From: Adineta vaga
Lineage: Eukaryota; Animalia; Rotifera
Length of the DNA: 64,000 bases
Reading direction: 5' to 3'
NCBI GenBank assembly: GCA_021613535.1
Contig: CP075497.1
Location: 13,702,001 to 13,766,000, forward strand
In this document: positions 42,401 through 53,000 of the stretch, piece by piece
Position numbering within the stretch: the first letter of the stretch is position 1
Layout: each line of letters starts with the position of its first letter
Translations under genes and position numbers: made by a program
Notes under the pieces: generated by a model
Told to the model about the DNA's origin: nothing
Databases searched by the model: none
Seen by the model: the letters and a program-made list of their open reading frames with translations, nothing else

Positions 42401-45400
42401 AATGATGAAGTTGAATGAAAATGAAATTCGGTTTTATATCGATGAAAGAGTTGTATCATCAGAAGAGAATGAGCACCGACTGAGAACAGATTGGTATGGA
42501 GGGAGATGTTTTCCTGGTGAAACAAATCACAACAGATGCGATGAATGGCGATCTCAGTGCTAGTAGTCGGTAATTGTAGTTCACTATCACTATGAATTTG
42601 TATAGGAGAAAGATGAGAAGAAGGAAGACTTTTTCGATCAATTTTGCCGTTCGCATTCAATGGAAATCTGTCAAGAATAATGAATATCGACGGAATCATA
42701 TGTGGTGGAAGATGTGATTGACAATGATCACGAAGTTGTTGTTCATTCACAGATGAACTTTGGACATATGCAATCAGATAATCATCGTGCCATTTCATCA
42801 CAACACAAGCTGAGATCGACGAAATGAAGAAAAGACATTGTTCGATTTCACCCAGTTCAATACGTTGACCATGCACTTTCACTTGATGATCTTTTCGTCC
42901 TCGGTAATGAAGAAGACCATTGCCATCCATATGAACGAGATCTCCTGTTCGATAGAACAACTCATCATCCACATAAATCAGTGCTTTTGCACTCAGATCA
43001 TCACGATGAAGATAGCCAGCGAAGACACCAGCACCACCAACGAACAATTCACCTTCTTCATTCACAATGACTGATTGATGGAATTCATCGAATACCAAAC
43101 ATTGATATTGAGGAAGTGGTGAACCAATGGGAACAGTAGTGTAGTCTGTTATTATGCTCACGGTAAACCATGTGCATGTGATAGTTGTTTCTGCTGGACC
43201 ATACGGGTTGTATATGTCATGGACTTGCTTTTCGAATTTTCTTAGAATGTCAATTAGTTTAATAGAAAAGGCTTCACCTACGAAAAGAAAATATGATCAC
43301 ATATGCAAAACAGTCGTTCAGGTATCTTCACTTACCACCACTCAACAATGAGCGTAGATGAAATGAAACGTCGTTTCTTTTGGCGTACTCATCAACATAC
43401 TTGAAGAAATCAAACAGTAAACTTGGCACTGAGTTCATAAAAGTGATTTGTTTTTCTTGCAAGATTGTCCTTAAGTAATCAAAATCGAGTGCACCATGTG
43501 GATGAAGCATGGCCAACATTCCTCCAATCATGAGAATGCCAAGAATTTCTTGAACATGAGTGTCGAACGAACACCGTGCCATTTGTATAACAATATCATT
43601 CCCATTCAATAAATAGGTGCTAGTCAGCGATTGAATATAGTTAACGAAATTCCGTTGACGAACTTGAGCCTAAATACCAAATAATCATACTACCATACTC
43701 ATAAAAACAAAGAAAAATAACCAACCGCTTTAGGTATTCCAGTTGATCCACTTGTAAAGATGATGTAGGCGATGTTCTCTGATGAGATCGTCACATTCGA
43801 TAGTTTGTGAACACCAATATCATCTTTGCTGGAATAGTCATTCGTCAAGATCTCATCAATATTCACAGACAGTTCACCACTCTCGATGTCAACAAACTTG
43901 TCTGATGTCAGCCAATGAACAAGAACAAGTCGACTGTGTGTTTGTTTAACAAGTGATTGCAAACGATGCTGAGGATCTCGAGGTGACAACGGACAGTATA
44001 CACCGCCTACCATTTCGATCGCCATCATACCAATCACCTACAAATCAATCACATCCTTTTTCTTCGATCCACTCTCCGATATCACAATCACTCACCATTG
44101 TCATACTTCTTTCCACACATTGACAAATAATATCACCCACCACAATACACTTCTCTTCAACAAAATGTAATGACACCATCTGAACAGAATGCAACAACTC
44201 TGCATATGTCAACGATTGTTCATCGAGTTCAACTGCCACTTTCTGTGGATGTGTCATGACTCGTTCGATGAATGCATGAGGAATGCATTGATGAGTGGGG
44301 AAGCTATCGACGACATCGTAAGGTGTTGTTGTTGTTATTGTTGAAGTTTGTGTGTTGTTGAGTGAATGAAAAAGTAGCTGTTCGTGAGGCATAATCAACG
44401 ATGATTGAGAAATGGATATGTCTGCTAGGTGATGATCATCGGAAGATGACGACAACAACAATTGATCTAACATGAAGTGAAATCGTTGTGACATGGTTTG
44501 AATCGTTTCACAAGTGAATAAGTCAAGTGATGCATTGATTGTACACGAGAGTTGATCTGTCAATGGATCATGCATGAAACTAGCTGTGAAATCGACTTCA
44601 TTTTCGCCCAGTCCAAGTGAAGAAGATCTTAACAAAAGTCGACTATCACCAATCATTGCATCGTCTCGATAGTTCTTTTCGATGGATGAAGTGATAAACT
44701 CAAATGAGGTGTCGAGAAACGAAGGATGTGAAAGATGAGGATGTTGATTGAGAATGTGTTGAAGTGGATAATAGGAGTATTTCAATGAGTTTGTTGCTCT
44801 TTCACATACGTGATGGATAAGTTGAGTCAATGACCAATGAACATCTAGTTGACATCGAAGTGGAATAGCATTGGCGAACAGTCCGATGGTCGAATCGAAT
44901 TCATGTCGATATCGACCATGAATATTCATTCCAATGCAGAGATCGTGTTGTCCATTGGTGATTTTGAAGAGGAAAAGAAAATAGAATGAAAGAATGAGAT
45001 GTTCAAGCGAGATTTGATTTGTTGATGCATAGATGAGAAGTTGATGGGAGAGATGTGAGTCGAAATCAAAAGTGAGAGATGTTCCACGACCACTTCGATG
45101 TTCATTGGAAAGGCGATGTCGATCGTAGGGCAATGCCAGTGGTTGATGAAGTTGACAATGATGAAGTGTGTCAAGCCAAAAGAGACTTGCTGCATCGATT
45201 AGTATTTGTTGTTCTATGTTAGATAAGTGATGTAAAGTGTTAGGTTTTGATGTGAGAGAATTTGCACTCTCGTAATGGAATCTTTCAATAAACTTCTCTT
45301 CTTCTGGAAGCATAAGAGAAAGGTTTTCTATAAAATTATTTGTATTTGCAAATAATTGGAACAGAATGTGCTGAAATCGTTGAGTGAGTAAATCAATACT

Positions 45401-46774
45401 TGCTTGATTTGAAGCAATATCTGCTGAACAATTGAAAAAACATTCCAGATATTTTTTATGATGATCATGAATGATAGTAAGATTAATATCATATAATGAA
45501 ATTTGAGTGTCATGAATTCTGTCTTTATCTAAATAAGTACTTGCAATGCAATCTTCACCAATTGCAATTTCTGTGGCATTTTTTGATGTTATCGATGATA
45601 ATAATGATTCAAAGTGAAATCCAATTGAAGGTAACATATGAGATTGATTTTTAGTTTGTGATTTAATAATTTCTTGATATGGTAATGATGAATATTGGAG
45701 AATATCATTATTTAATTGATGAACTTGTTGTACAATATCATCAAATGATTGTTTCGGTTTAATTTTGATCCGATATGGTAAAGTATTAACGAACATTCCC
45801 ATAATCTGATCCATTTGTTGGTCGAATCGATTAGCAACATCAATTGCGATACAAAAATCGTTTTGATTAGGATTTAGTTGAAATAGAAATATATAATAAC
45901 AAGCAAGAATTAATGAAAACATGGTTATACTATTTGTTGATGAACAGAACATTATTTGATCTACAATATTTTGATCTAGAATTAGTTTTGATGAATAACC
46001 ATGACCAGATCGAAGTTGCTTATTTCGAAAAGATCCCATTTGTAATGTTTGATTCCAGTTATATTCGTTCAATAGATTTGACCAAAACCTTCGTGCTTGA
46101 TTCATTGGAGAATTTGGATTTTGATCTCCTAATAATTGTTGTTCATATAATGCTATATCGATATATTGTATTGAAGATAATATTGACTTTTCCAAATGAT
46201 TTGACCAACATATTTGTTCAAATCTTTCCATAAATAGTTTGATTGAACTCAGATCACCTGCAATATGATGAAAAACAAAAACAATGAGGTCATTTTCTTC
46301 TAAGAACTCTGTATGTTTTCGTTGGATTAGATGATATCGAAAGACGCGACCTTTTTCAACATCAAAATGTTTTTCCATTGATTCCTTGGTTAATATTTGG
46401 TCGATCTGATCTAATGTGGAAATGTTATAGGAATGTTGAAACGAATAGATTTCATTTGTCAATGGTTCAATTCTCTGCTCAATCGCATTTGTTCTTGAAT
46501 TAAAACGAACAGAAGTTCGAAGTATTGGAGTTTGTTCAAGCAGTAAAAGAATTGATGAATGAAGACATTCAATTCTCACTGATCCATATTGGATTTCTAG
46601 TGGAAATAACATATTGTAAATCGAGACATCCGAATTATGAAAGTAAAGAGATTCATGCATATAAATCCGTTGTTGAGCGTATGATGCGATACTTTCAGTA
46701 AGACCTGAGGGTACGATTTGTTGTTTTGGATTATTATTAGCTGATTCAAGTTTTTGTTTTAACACTGACGACAT
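5536..46774 (-). CDS. Giant five-module nonribosomal peptide synthetase (about 8760 aa, 31 exons): C-halfC-A-T-(C-C-A-T)x4-Pls-like terminal domain-methyltransferase
   Basis: 30 GT-AG introns with compatible phases were traced by eye: 44095-44038, 43725-43670, 43335-43278, 42278-42221, 40732-36996, 36392-36332, 35225-35168, 34855-34800, 34465-34408, 33411-33350, 31891-29035, 28470-28407, 27318-27244, 26943-26888, 26559-26501, 25501-25443, 23957-21771, 21167-21107, 19998-19941, 19628-19573, 19238-19181, 18181-18125, 16624-12314, 11713-11653, 10534-10477, 10164-10109, 9777-9719, 7010-6950, 6759-6611, 6392-6109. The exon sum is 26291 nt = 8763 codons + 2 nt, matching the 2-bp insertion at ~20314. 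A-domain motifs (YIIFTSGSTG, YGPAE, YRTGDL, QRIELGEIE, NGKIDR) occur five times. Confidence 0.85.
6760..8720 (-). other. Pls/PosA-type (epsilon-poly-L-lysine synthetase-like) NRPS terminal domain: transmembrane pairs alternating with three hexapeptide-repeat (LbH-like) subdomains
   Basis: Three repeats of hydrophobic TM segments, each followed by YLCSCGAKVHRDAHI / ILRFLGAYVENDVQIG / LFRVFGARIGKNVII. It ends CHTFEQRIFKL...LYPLTLIMKNDQLSLNTHWKGIPA, the typical C-terminal signature of this family. Confidence 0.8.
8790..12313 (-). other. NRPS module 5 (C-A-T)
   Basis: C motif HHAMFDF; A motifs YIIFTSGSTGIPKA, SFDIHVQE, NLYGPAE, YRTGDL, NGKIDRK; T motif FMEFGGTSL. Confidence 0.9.
11730..11789. 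repeat. Compound trinucleotide microsatellite (AGT)6(ATC)9(AGC)5 encoding A5-D9-T6 in the C domain
   Basis: Read directly from the sequence. Confidence 0.9.
15080..16569. mobile_element. Non-autonomous CACTG-terminated (CMC/EnSpm-like) DNA transposon inside an NRPS intron
   Basis: Perfect 11-bp TIR CACTGTAAAAA (15080) / TTTTTACAGTG (16569), flanked by TA on both sides. The interior has many GAAAC/GGTTTC/GGTTC motifs and no convincing ORF. Confidence 0.7.
16625..21770 (-). other. NRPS module 4 (C-A-T) plus the following C domain; contains the 2-bp frameshift
   Basis: C HHAMFDF; A SFDIHVQE, LWSG|GEP, NLYGPAEVTIG; T NLFSVGAHSLL; downstream C HHAFFDG. Confidence 0.9.
21184..21246. repeat. Compound microsatellite (AGT)6(ATC)8(AGC)7 encoding A7-D8-T6
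   Basis: Read directly from the sequence. Confidence 0.9.
22676..23574 (-). mobile_element. Non-autonomous Helitron-like element in an NRPS intron
   Basis: On the minus strand it begins A|TCTATAAATATATATAAAGAAGAAAC(TTTG)n and ends in a GC-rich palindrome CGGGAGCGCCCG-CTAG|T. This gives 5'-TC and 3'-CTAG inserted in an AT dinucleotide with no TSD. Confidence 0.6.
23958..29034 (-). other. NRPS module 3 (diverged C-A-T) plus the following C domain
   Basis: C HHALFDF; A YIIFTSGSTGTSKA, TFDAHLCE, NFYGPAEVAVG, NGKIDRN; T NIFSMGGHSLI; downstream C HHSAFDG. Intron positions match the other modules. Confidence 0.9.
29624..30825. mobile_element. Foldback/MITE-like element with long imperfect TIRs, enclosing a second smaller inverted-repeat element (30266-30548)
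   Basis: 29624-29790 (CCAAAAGCACGAGCAG...AAGCTTTAAGAAACCTTCTTTATATACAAT...GAAAAGAATGCTCTATCTT...) is the reverse complement of ~30600-30825, allowing one insertion. The inner pair is CCCAGGTCAA...GACCGTTTACAG / CTGTAAACGGTC...TTGACCTGAG. Confidence 0.7.
31892..36995 (-). other. NRPS module 2 (C-A-T) plus the following C domain
   Basis: C HHAMFDF; A SFDTHVQE, LLSG|GEA, NPYGPAETTIT; T NFFSIGGHSLL; downstream C HHAVIDG. Confidence 0.9.
36409..36471. repeat. Compound microsatellite (AGT)6(ATC)8(AGC)7 encoding A7-D8-T6
   Basis: Read directly from the sequence. Confidence 0.9.
38970..39150 (-). mobile_element. 5'-end fragment of a Helitron-like element related to 22676-23574
   Basis: CGGTGATCGTAGTT...CTGAATGCATAACGAACAAGTAAACAGACAAACAAACGTTCTTCTTTATATATAAAGAT aligns by eye with 23492-23575. 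Confidence 0.5.
39352..40592 (-). mobile_element. Mariner (DD34D) transposon, full length, inside NRPS intron 5
   Basis: TIRs TTAGGTTGGCAACAAAGTTTTTGCGTTTTTTT / AAAAAAACGCAAGAACTTTGTTGCCAACCGAA, with a TA on the left flank; about 1240 bp. Confidence 0.92.
39423..40460 (-). pseudogene. Mariner transposase with one in-frame stop (39963-39965)
   Basis: Motifs PRSGRP, WIPHEL, TGDEKW, HDNARPH and YSPDIAPTDY. The two ORF-track pieces are in the same frame, 87 nt apart. Confidence 0.9.
40733..46774 (-). other. NRPS starter C domain, half C domain, module 1 A-T and the following C domain
   Basis: Starter C ASYAQQR...HHIAGD...GMFVNTLPYR; a second C lacking the HHxxxD half; A essentially identical to module 2; T NLFSVGAHSLL; downstream C HHAFFDG. 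Confidence 0.9.
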
Positions 46775-47037
46775 TTTGTAAACGTGAACGAATCGAATAG
46801 AATGGAAATGAAACTGATTACAATCTAGAAATTAAAGAAAACTAAAAGGCAGATTATTTGAATGGAATGATAATGATTAATCTGTTCTACAGTTCATTGT
46901 TAAGTGGTATAGAAATGAATTAGAAGAAGTTTATTTGAAATATTCAATCAATGAAATCAATAATCGTACAAATATTTATGAATCAAGTTGAGCATAACAA
47001 GACAAAAGTTTGATTATTTTCATTTGATAATTCCAAA

Positions 47038-50000
47038 CTAATGAACATATTCAATGCTATTAATCATTGAACAATGACGTAATTCTTCAATAATTGCACG
47101 TGCAATTAGTTCCTCTTGCGGATGATGACTTGTTACAAATCGATAAGTTCCTCTTGGTTGAATTCGACGAATTTGTAAAATGATTTCTTGAATAGAAGTT
47201 GAACTGATTTGAATTGAGAATGTTAGAGGTATTTGTATCATATAAATAGCAATTGATTCAAGATCATTATGTTTTGTTGATAATCTATTCATTAATAAAT
47301 CGGTAGAATGGAATTGTTTTGTAATATAAAAATAAATTAAACTATTACAATCGATTGGATGTTGGAGACAAAGAATATCTTCGATTCCTGTATACTTTGA
47401 ATTATCGAACGACTGCGTTTGATTCTCTTCATTGAAATCATTCTTATTTTTGATATTTTCTTCTTTTATTATAGATGAAACAGTTTCTTGTTGTTGTTCA
47501 TGAAGTTTATTAAGAATTGTATTCGCAATAGTTTCTATAGAGAATCCTTGGAGAAGATGAATCAACGGAATATAAACTCCAGTTTCATGTCCTAACCAAT
47601 TGTATAATGAAAGTGCAGCTAAGGAATCCATGCCTTGACTAATTAACGATTGATCAATTAAGATTCGATTGATATTCGATGCGCCTAAGATTTTAGCAGC
47701 ATTGATTTGTATTTGTTCAATCATTGTTTCTCTATTATTGAAATTCGATTGCTTAGGAATGTTCTCGGTTGATTCATTGGTGAAATTCATTGATCTATAT
47801 TGTTCTTTAACTAAGTTTTGCAAAGCAAATGTTGATAACTGATCCAGTCGATCATATAAAATTTCCCAATTGACAGGAAAAATAATTGGACATGGACAGT
47901 GATTTTGATTGGTACAAAATTGTTCAATTAATTCAAACACAATATCTGGTGGAAGGAATTCCAAACCTTGTGTAGTTTGTAAAGTTTTTAATGAATCTTT
48001 TTGCCGATGAAACATTCCAGCGCCATTGATAGCTGGTAAACTAATTGAAAGTGCAGGTAGATTTAGTTGTTGAACACGATAAGTAGCAAGACAATCAAGA
48101 AATTGATTGCCAGCATTATAACCTGCTGAACCAATTTCTAGAAGGTGATTACGAATTGATGAGAAAAGTATAAAGAAATGCAGAGAACAATGGGTCATTT
48201 GGGTGATTTGATGAAGATTCCAAGCACCATGAATTTTAGCTGAAAAGATATTTGACAAATGTTCTGGAGTTATATTCATTAATAAACGATCATCAGCCAT
48301 TCCAGCACTATGAATAATACCACGCACAGGATTTGGTGTTTGATTGATTTTGTCAATAAGATTATAAACTTGATCAAAATTTGCGACATCAACTTGAACA
48401 ACATCAACATCAGCTTGATATTGATCGCTTACTTGTTTTAATTTTACCCAATCATCATATTGTGGATTGGAAATCTGTTCCAAGTCATTTAATGTTCGAC
48501 GACTCATCAATACTAGACGTTTCACATTTCGTTTTTCAATCATCCAACGAGACATTCGTAATCCAACACCACCGAATCCACCTGAGATAATAATTGTTCC
48601 TTTTTCAAAAACATTTTCCGGAAACATGATCTTTGCATCTAAAAGAAATATAAGGAGAAAGACTTCAATATTCTATAACAATATCTTTTAGGAATTTAAA
48701 CGTAGAGATACGCATCTGTTATTATTTATTGGCGTCTCAGTTACTTATCTGTTAATAAAGATCACTTTTTCCTCCTAAATATCTGTTATTGTTTCAAAAT
48801 AGAGGAAGAAACATTTAAATATCCGAGTGAGAAAAAAAGAACATATTTGAAACGACAAGAGATAAAATGATGGATGAATATCTTTGAAAGCAAATCATGA
48901 TCTTACCTTCTAAGAGATTCTTAGTTGATAAATTGGTTAAGTATAATGGTTGATCAGAATTCGCTAATCGAACCACCGTTTTCCCCATTGTTTGATGATT
49001 ATTACATCGAGTAAATGCATCTACTACTTCAGATGGTTCATAAACAACAATCGGTTCAATGGCTTTGAATTTTCTATCCAGAATTAAATTCATCATATCA
49101 TTTAACATAGTTTGACAAAGATTTTGTTGATTTTCCCAAAGTAAATTTAAATCAATGACATGAAAACTACAATCACATCTGAAATCAAACATTGAGACAT
49201 GAGTTTTCTTGAAAATATCACGTTTTCCCCATTCAATAAAATGACCATGTGACGAAAGTAATTTCACTGATTCTTGAAGAAGATTTCCTGATAAACAATT
49301 AATAATCACATCAACACCATTTGGGAAAAGTCTTTTCACATGATTAATAAATGAATTGTCTCGACTGTTGAAAACATGTTCAATTCCATAATATTCACGA
49401 AGAAATTGACGTTTTTGTTCTGTTCCAGCTGTTGTGAGAATACGTGCACCAATATATTGACAATATTGTATTGCAATTTGTCCAGCACCACCCGTTGCTG
49501 CATGAATAAGAACTGTTTGATTCGATTGTAAATGAACACGATATTTGAGAGAATAAAGAACCGTTAGAGAAACCACAGGCATTACTGATAATTGAATATC
49601 TGAAAGTGGACATTGTTTGGGAATCAATATAAGTTGCGATGCATGAACAACAAGATGTGAATGAAAAACACCATGAATAGATATTCCTAGAACATGATCG
49701 CCAATTTCGTAGTTCTGAACATTAGAAGATTTCCGAACAATAGTTCCAACAAAATCCGAACCGGGTTCATCGTTTGGATTGACTAACGGTTGTTCATTAG
49801 CTGATTGTCCTGCAGGAGATGTATATGGATAAAGAGCACGTACTTTGAGAACATCACGAAAATTAATTCCAACATAATCAATACGAATTTCTATTAGATT
49901 TTCCGCTAAATCTTTCTTTATTCGTTTTTCTCTAGTCCATGTTAAATCAGCGAGAAAAGTCGATGATGGAACATGAAGACGAAATGGTTGATGATCAGAA

Positions 50001-53000
50001 TCTTGTTTTGGAATAATTGAAACAGGTTTTGTTTCTTCTTTCTTCTCTTTTTCTTCTCCTAACATTTCATATTCATAGGTCAAATATTTCATTTGATCTT
50101 GATTTTCATCAAAAGAAAGAATGATTTCATCCATTGTATTTCGATAGTAGCAATCAGAAATGAATTGGAAAAGAGATTGGATCACTCTCGTTGATAATGA
50201 TGTTTGAATATCAATCAATTTCAACCGATGTTGTTTATATTCACTAAATAAACTTCGTACAAGACCAACTAATGATGAGCCTAACAGATTAGAAGTGGAA
50301 GAAATATTCCATTGGGATTGACGTGTTATTACAAATAGAAATGGATGAGAATTCGATGAAATATTCTGAATGATTTGAAGAATTTGAATAAATGTTCCAC
50401 AAATCACTTCTTCATACGATTTCATTGATGAAAGAAATTGTGAATCATCTTCGAGATCAATCTGTTCATATGGCCAAGCATAGATGATATTCAATTGGTG
50501 ATATTTTTTCATCATCATTTGAATGGTTGAGCGAATAAATGGAATTTTACATTTAGAAATATCAAAATATCGAACATTCAATGTCGATGGTAATAATGAA
50601 GAGAAAATCGAACCAAAACTATTTTCGGAATCATTTTTTGAGAAAATTAACCAAGCTGATTGATTTTGTTCGTCACGAAAAGATTGGACTTTTTTCAAAA
50701 GAATTAGTGAGTTTTCACATGAGTTGGATACTGTATGAAGAAGTTCGAAACCATTGATTTCATTCAACGTATTGATGAATTGATCAATATGAGAAAGACG
50801 ATGAACATAGTTTGATGATAAATTATTCAATTGATTATAAAAATCAAATAAAAATTGTAAATAAAATGGAATATTAAAAAATTCTGAGAATATAAGAAAA
50901 CCATTGGGACGAAGTAAAGAACGAAAATCAATTAAAATTTTGTTTAAATGTTCATCTTTTTGTAATTGATTGGAAATAAACATCAGATCAAATGATTCGG
51001 AGTGAAAATTCTGACGATTAAATGTTGAATCAAAATGAATTGTTAAATATGGATTGGCATTTTTCTCAAAGATTTGTTTTATTTCATTCAATTGTTTGAC
51101 ATTTTCATTGATATAAGAGAAATCTATGGAGAAATGAAATTCATCAGAGAAATGAGATAAATATTCCAATAATGATAGAATATTTGATGAATTATTCGTA
51201 TCGAAATAAAAGATTTGGAAATGAAAATCATCTGGTTTGATTGGAAAATGTTGTAAAATTGAAGAGAAGATTTGTTCAATTGAATTCTGATGGAGAATCT
51301 TTTGTATTTCTTCAAATAATTTCTCAGTTGTATTCGTTTCTTCAAGAGATTGTTTGTTTAAATTGAAACCAGCTATATTTAATAAATGAAGAATGGACTT
51401 GAACTTTGGATATTCTTTATAAAGAGTTTTGAAGTAAAGATTTGTGGAATAAATTGTTATTTCTACTTCTTCTGATGAATATTTATCAAATAAATCTTTA
51501 TATTTTTCATCAATCAATTTGGAAAATAGTCTCAAATAATAATAAACTAGTTTATTCAATTTCTCTTTTGAATTGATGAAATCTTCGTTAATATTTGAGA
51601 TGAATTCAAAGATGAATGAGGAACTCTCATCAAATAAACTTCGTTTGAAGAAGATTTCCACCCATTTTTGTTTTATTGAATAATTTTTTAATAAAATATT
51701 GAGAAAATTTCCACGATAGATATCCGACAGATTCATTGAGGAATTGAATTGTTTAAAGATTGTATTTTCTTTCTTGTTGGATTGAATATCGTGAATGGGT
51801 TGTAAAACAACACCTTGAAGTTGAAATCTTGAGAGATTTTCATTGGAAGAAATGGAACAATCAAATGTTAATGTTTCTTCATGATTTAAACCGAAAATCG
51901 AATCACGTTGTTTTCCATAAACAGAAAGTTCCTTGGTTTCCAATTGATTTGTTTTGAAAATGAATTTTTCGATGGAAATCGGAAGAAATGTTTGAGTATT
52001 TCCAGGAATTAAAGTTAACAATGGTTGTAAACAACAATCGAAGAAAGTTGGATGAAGAATATAATCCGATGAATTCAATTCAGATGAAATTTCACATAAA
52101 ACTTTCGATTTAGTACCTTTTAATGATTTCATCTTTTGAAATGAGGGTCCATAATGATAACCACGTGTTGATAAATAATTATAAACATTTTTCATATCAT
52201 TTGTTGACCATGTAAACAATTCTTCATTTATGTCAAAGAGATTTTGTTCATTTTGATCGTTCTGATAATCTCCACAAACATGAAGAGTAAATTCATTGAA
52301 ATTTTCTAATTTTTCAAACGAATGGAGAAAATCTTGACACGACATTCCTGATGAATGCATGAGATGTGAACCAGAGGATGACCAGGGTCGACTATAGATA
52401 AAAAATTGACGTGTTGGAACGACGATCTGTGTAAAGATTTCAATTAATTGATCTTTGGAAAGAATCAAGGGTTTGAATATTTTAATCTTTTCTATAATAA
52501 TCGTTAAATCTTCATTATGAAATAAAGATGATTGATAATAAGCAACCAGAGCTAATTCAATAAATGCTACGATTGGAAAGAGAATTGTGTTTTGAATTTG
52601 ATGATCAATTAAATAAGAATATTTCGAAAGATTGAGATTAATCAAAGATTTCCAGGTGATATTTGTTTGGTCAATTAACTGACGAATACCAAGTAAGGGA
52701 TGAATGGGATGGAGATTATGATTGAATAGACGTTTCAATATCGAATCGTTGGATTCGTACCAACATGAAGTCAGATCAAATGAATAGAATGGAAAACGAT
52801 CAAAGAAATGTTCATGAATTTCTATTGATTGGATTTCACGAGTGAAGAAATAGTTTGAAAAATCTTCAGAGCAAGTGATTAATTCACTTAAAGTTGTTAA
52901 TAAGGTCATTTGTTCATCTTCTTTTCGTTTTAGTGTGGACAGTATGGCAGGTTTTTGCTCATTATTATTCATCAAGTCATAACATTGACGAATTGAGGTG

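Noticed and set aside
16605-46774. Several separate tandem NRPS genes
   Set aside because: Each block ends at a GT donor and the next begins at a phase-matched AG acceptor with no convincing start codon, and the exon arithmetic fits one gene. cDNA is still needed for proof.
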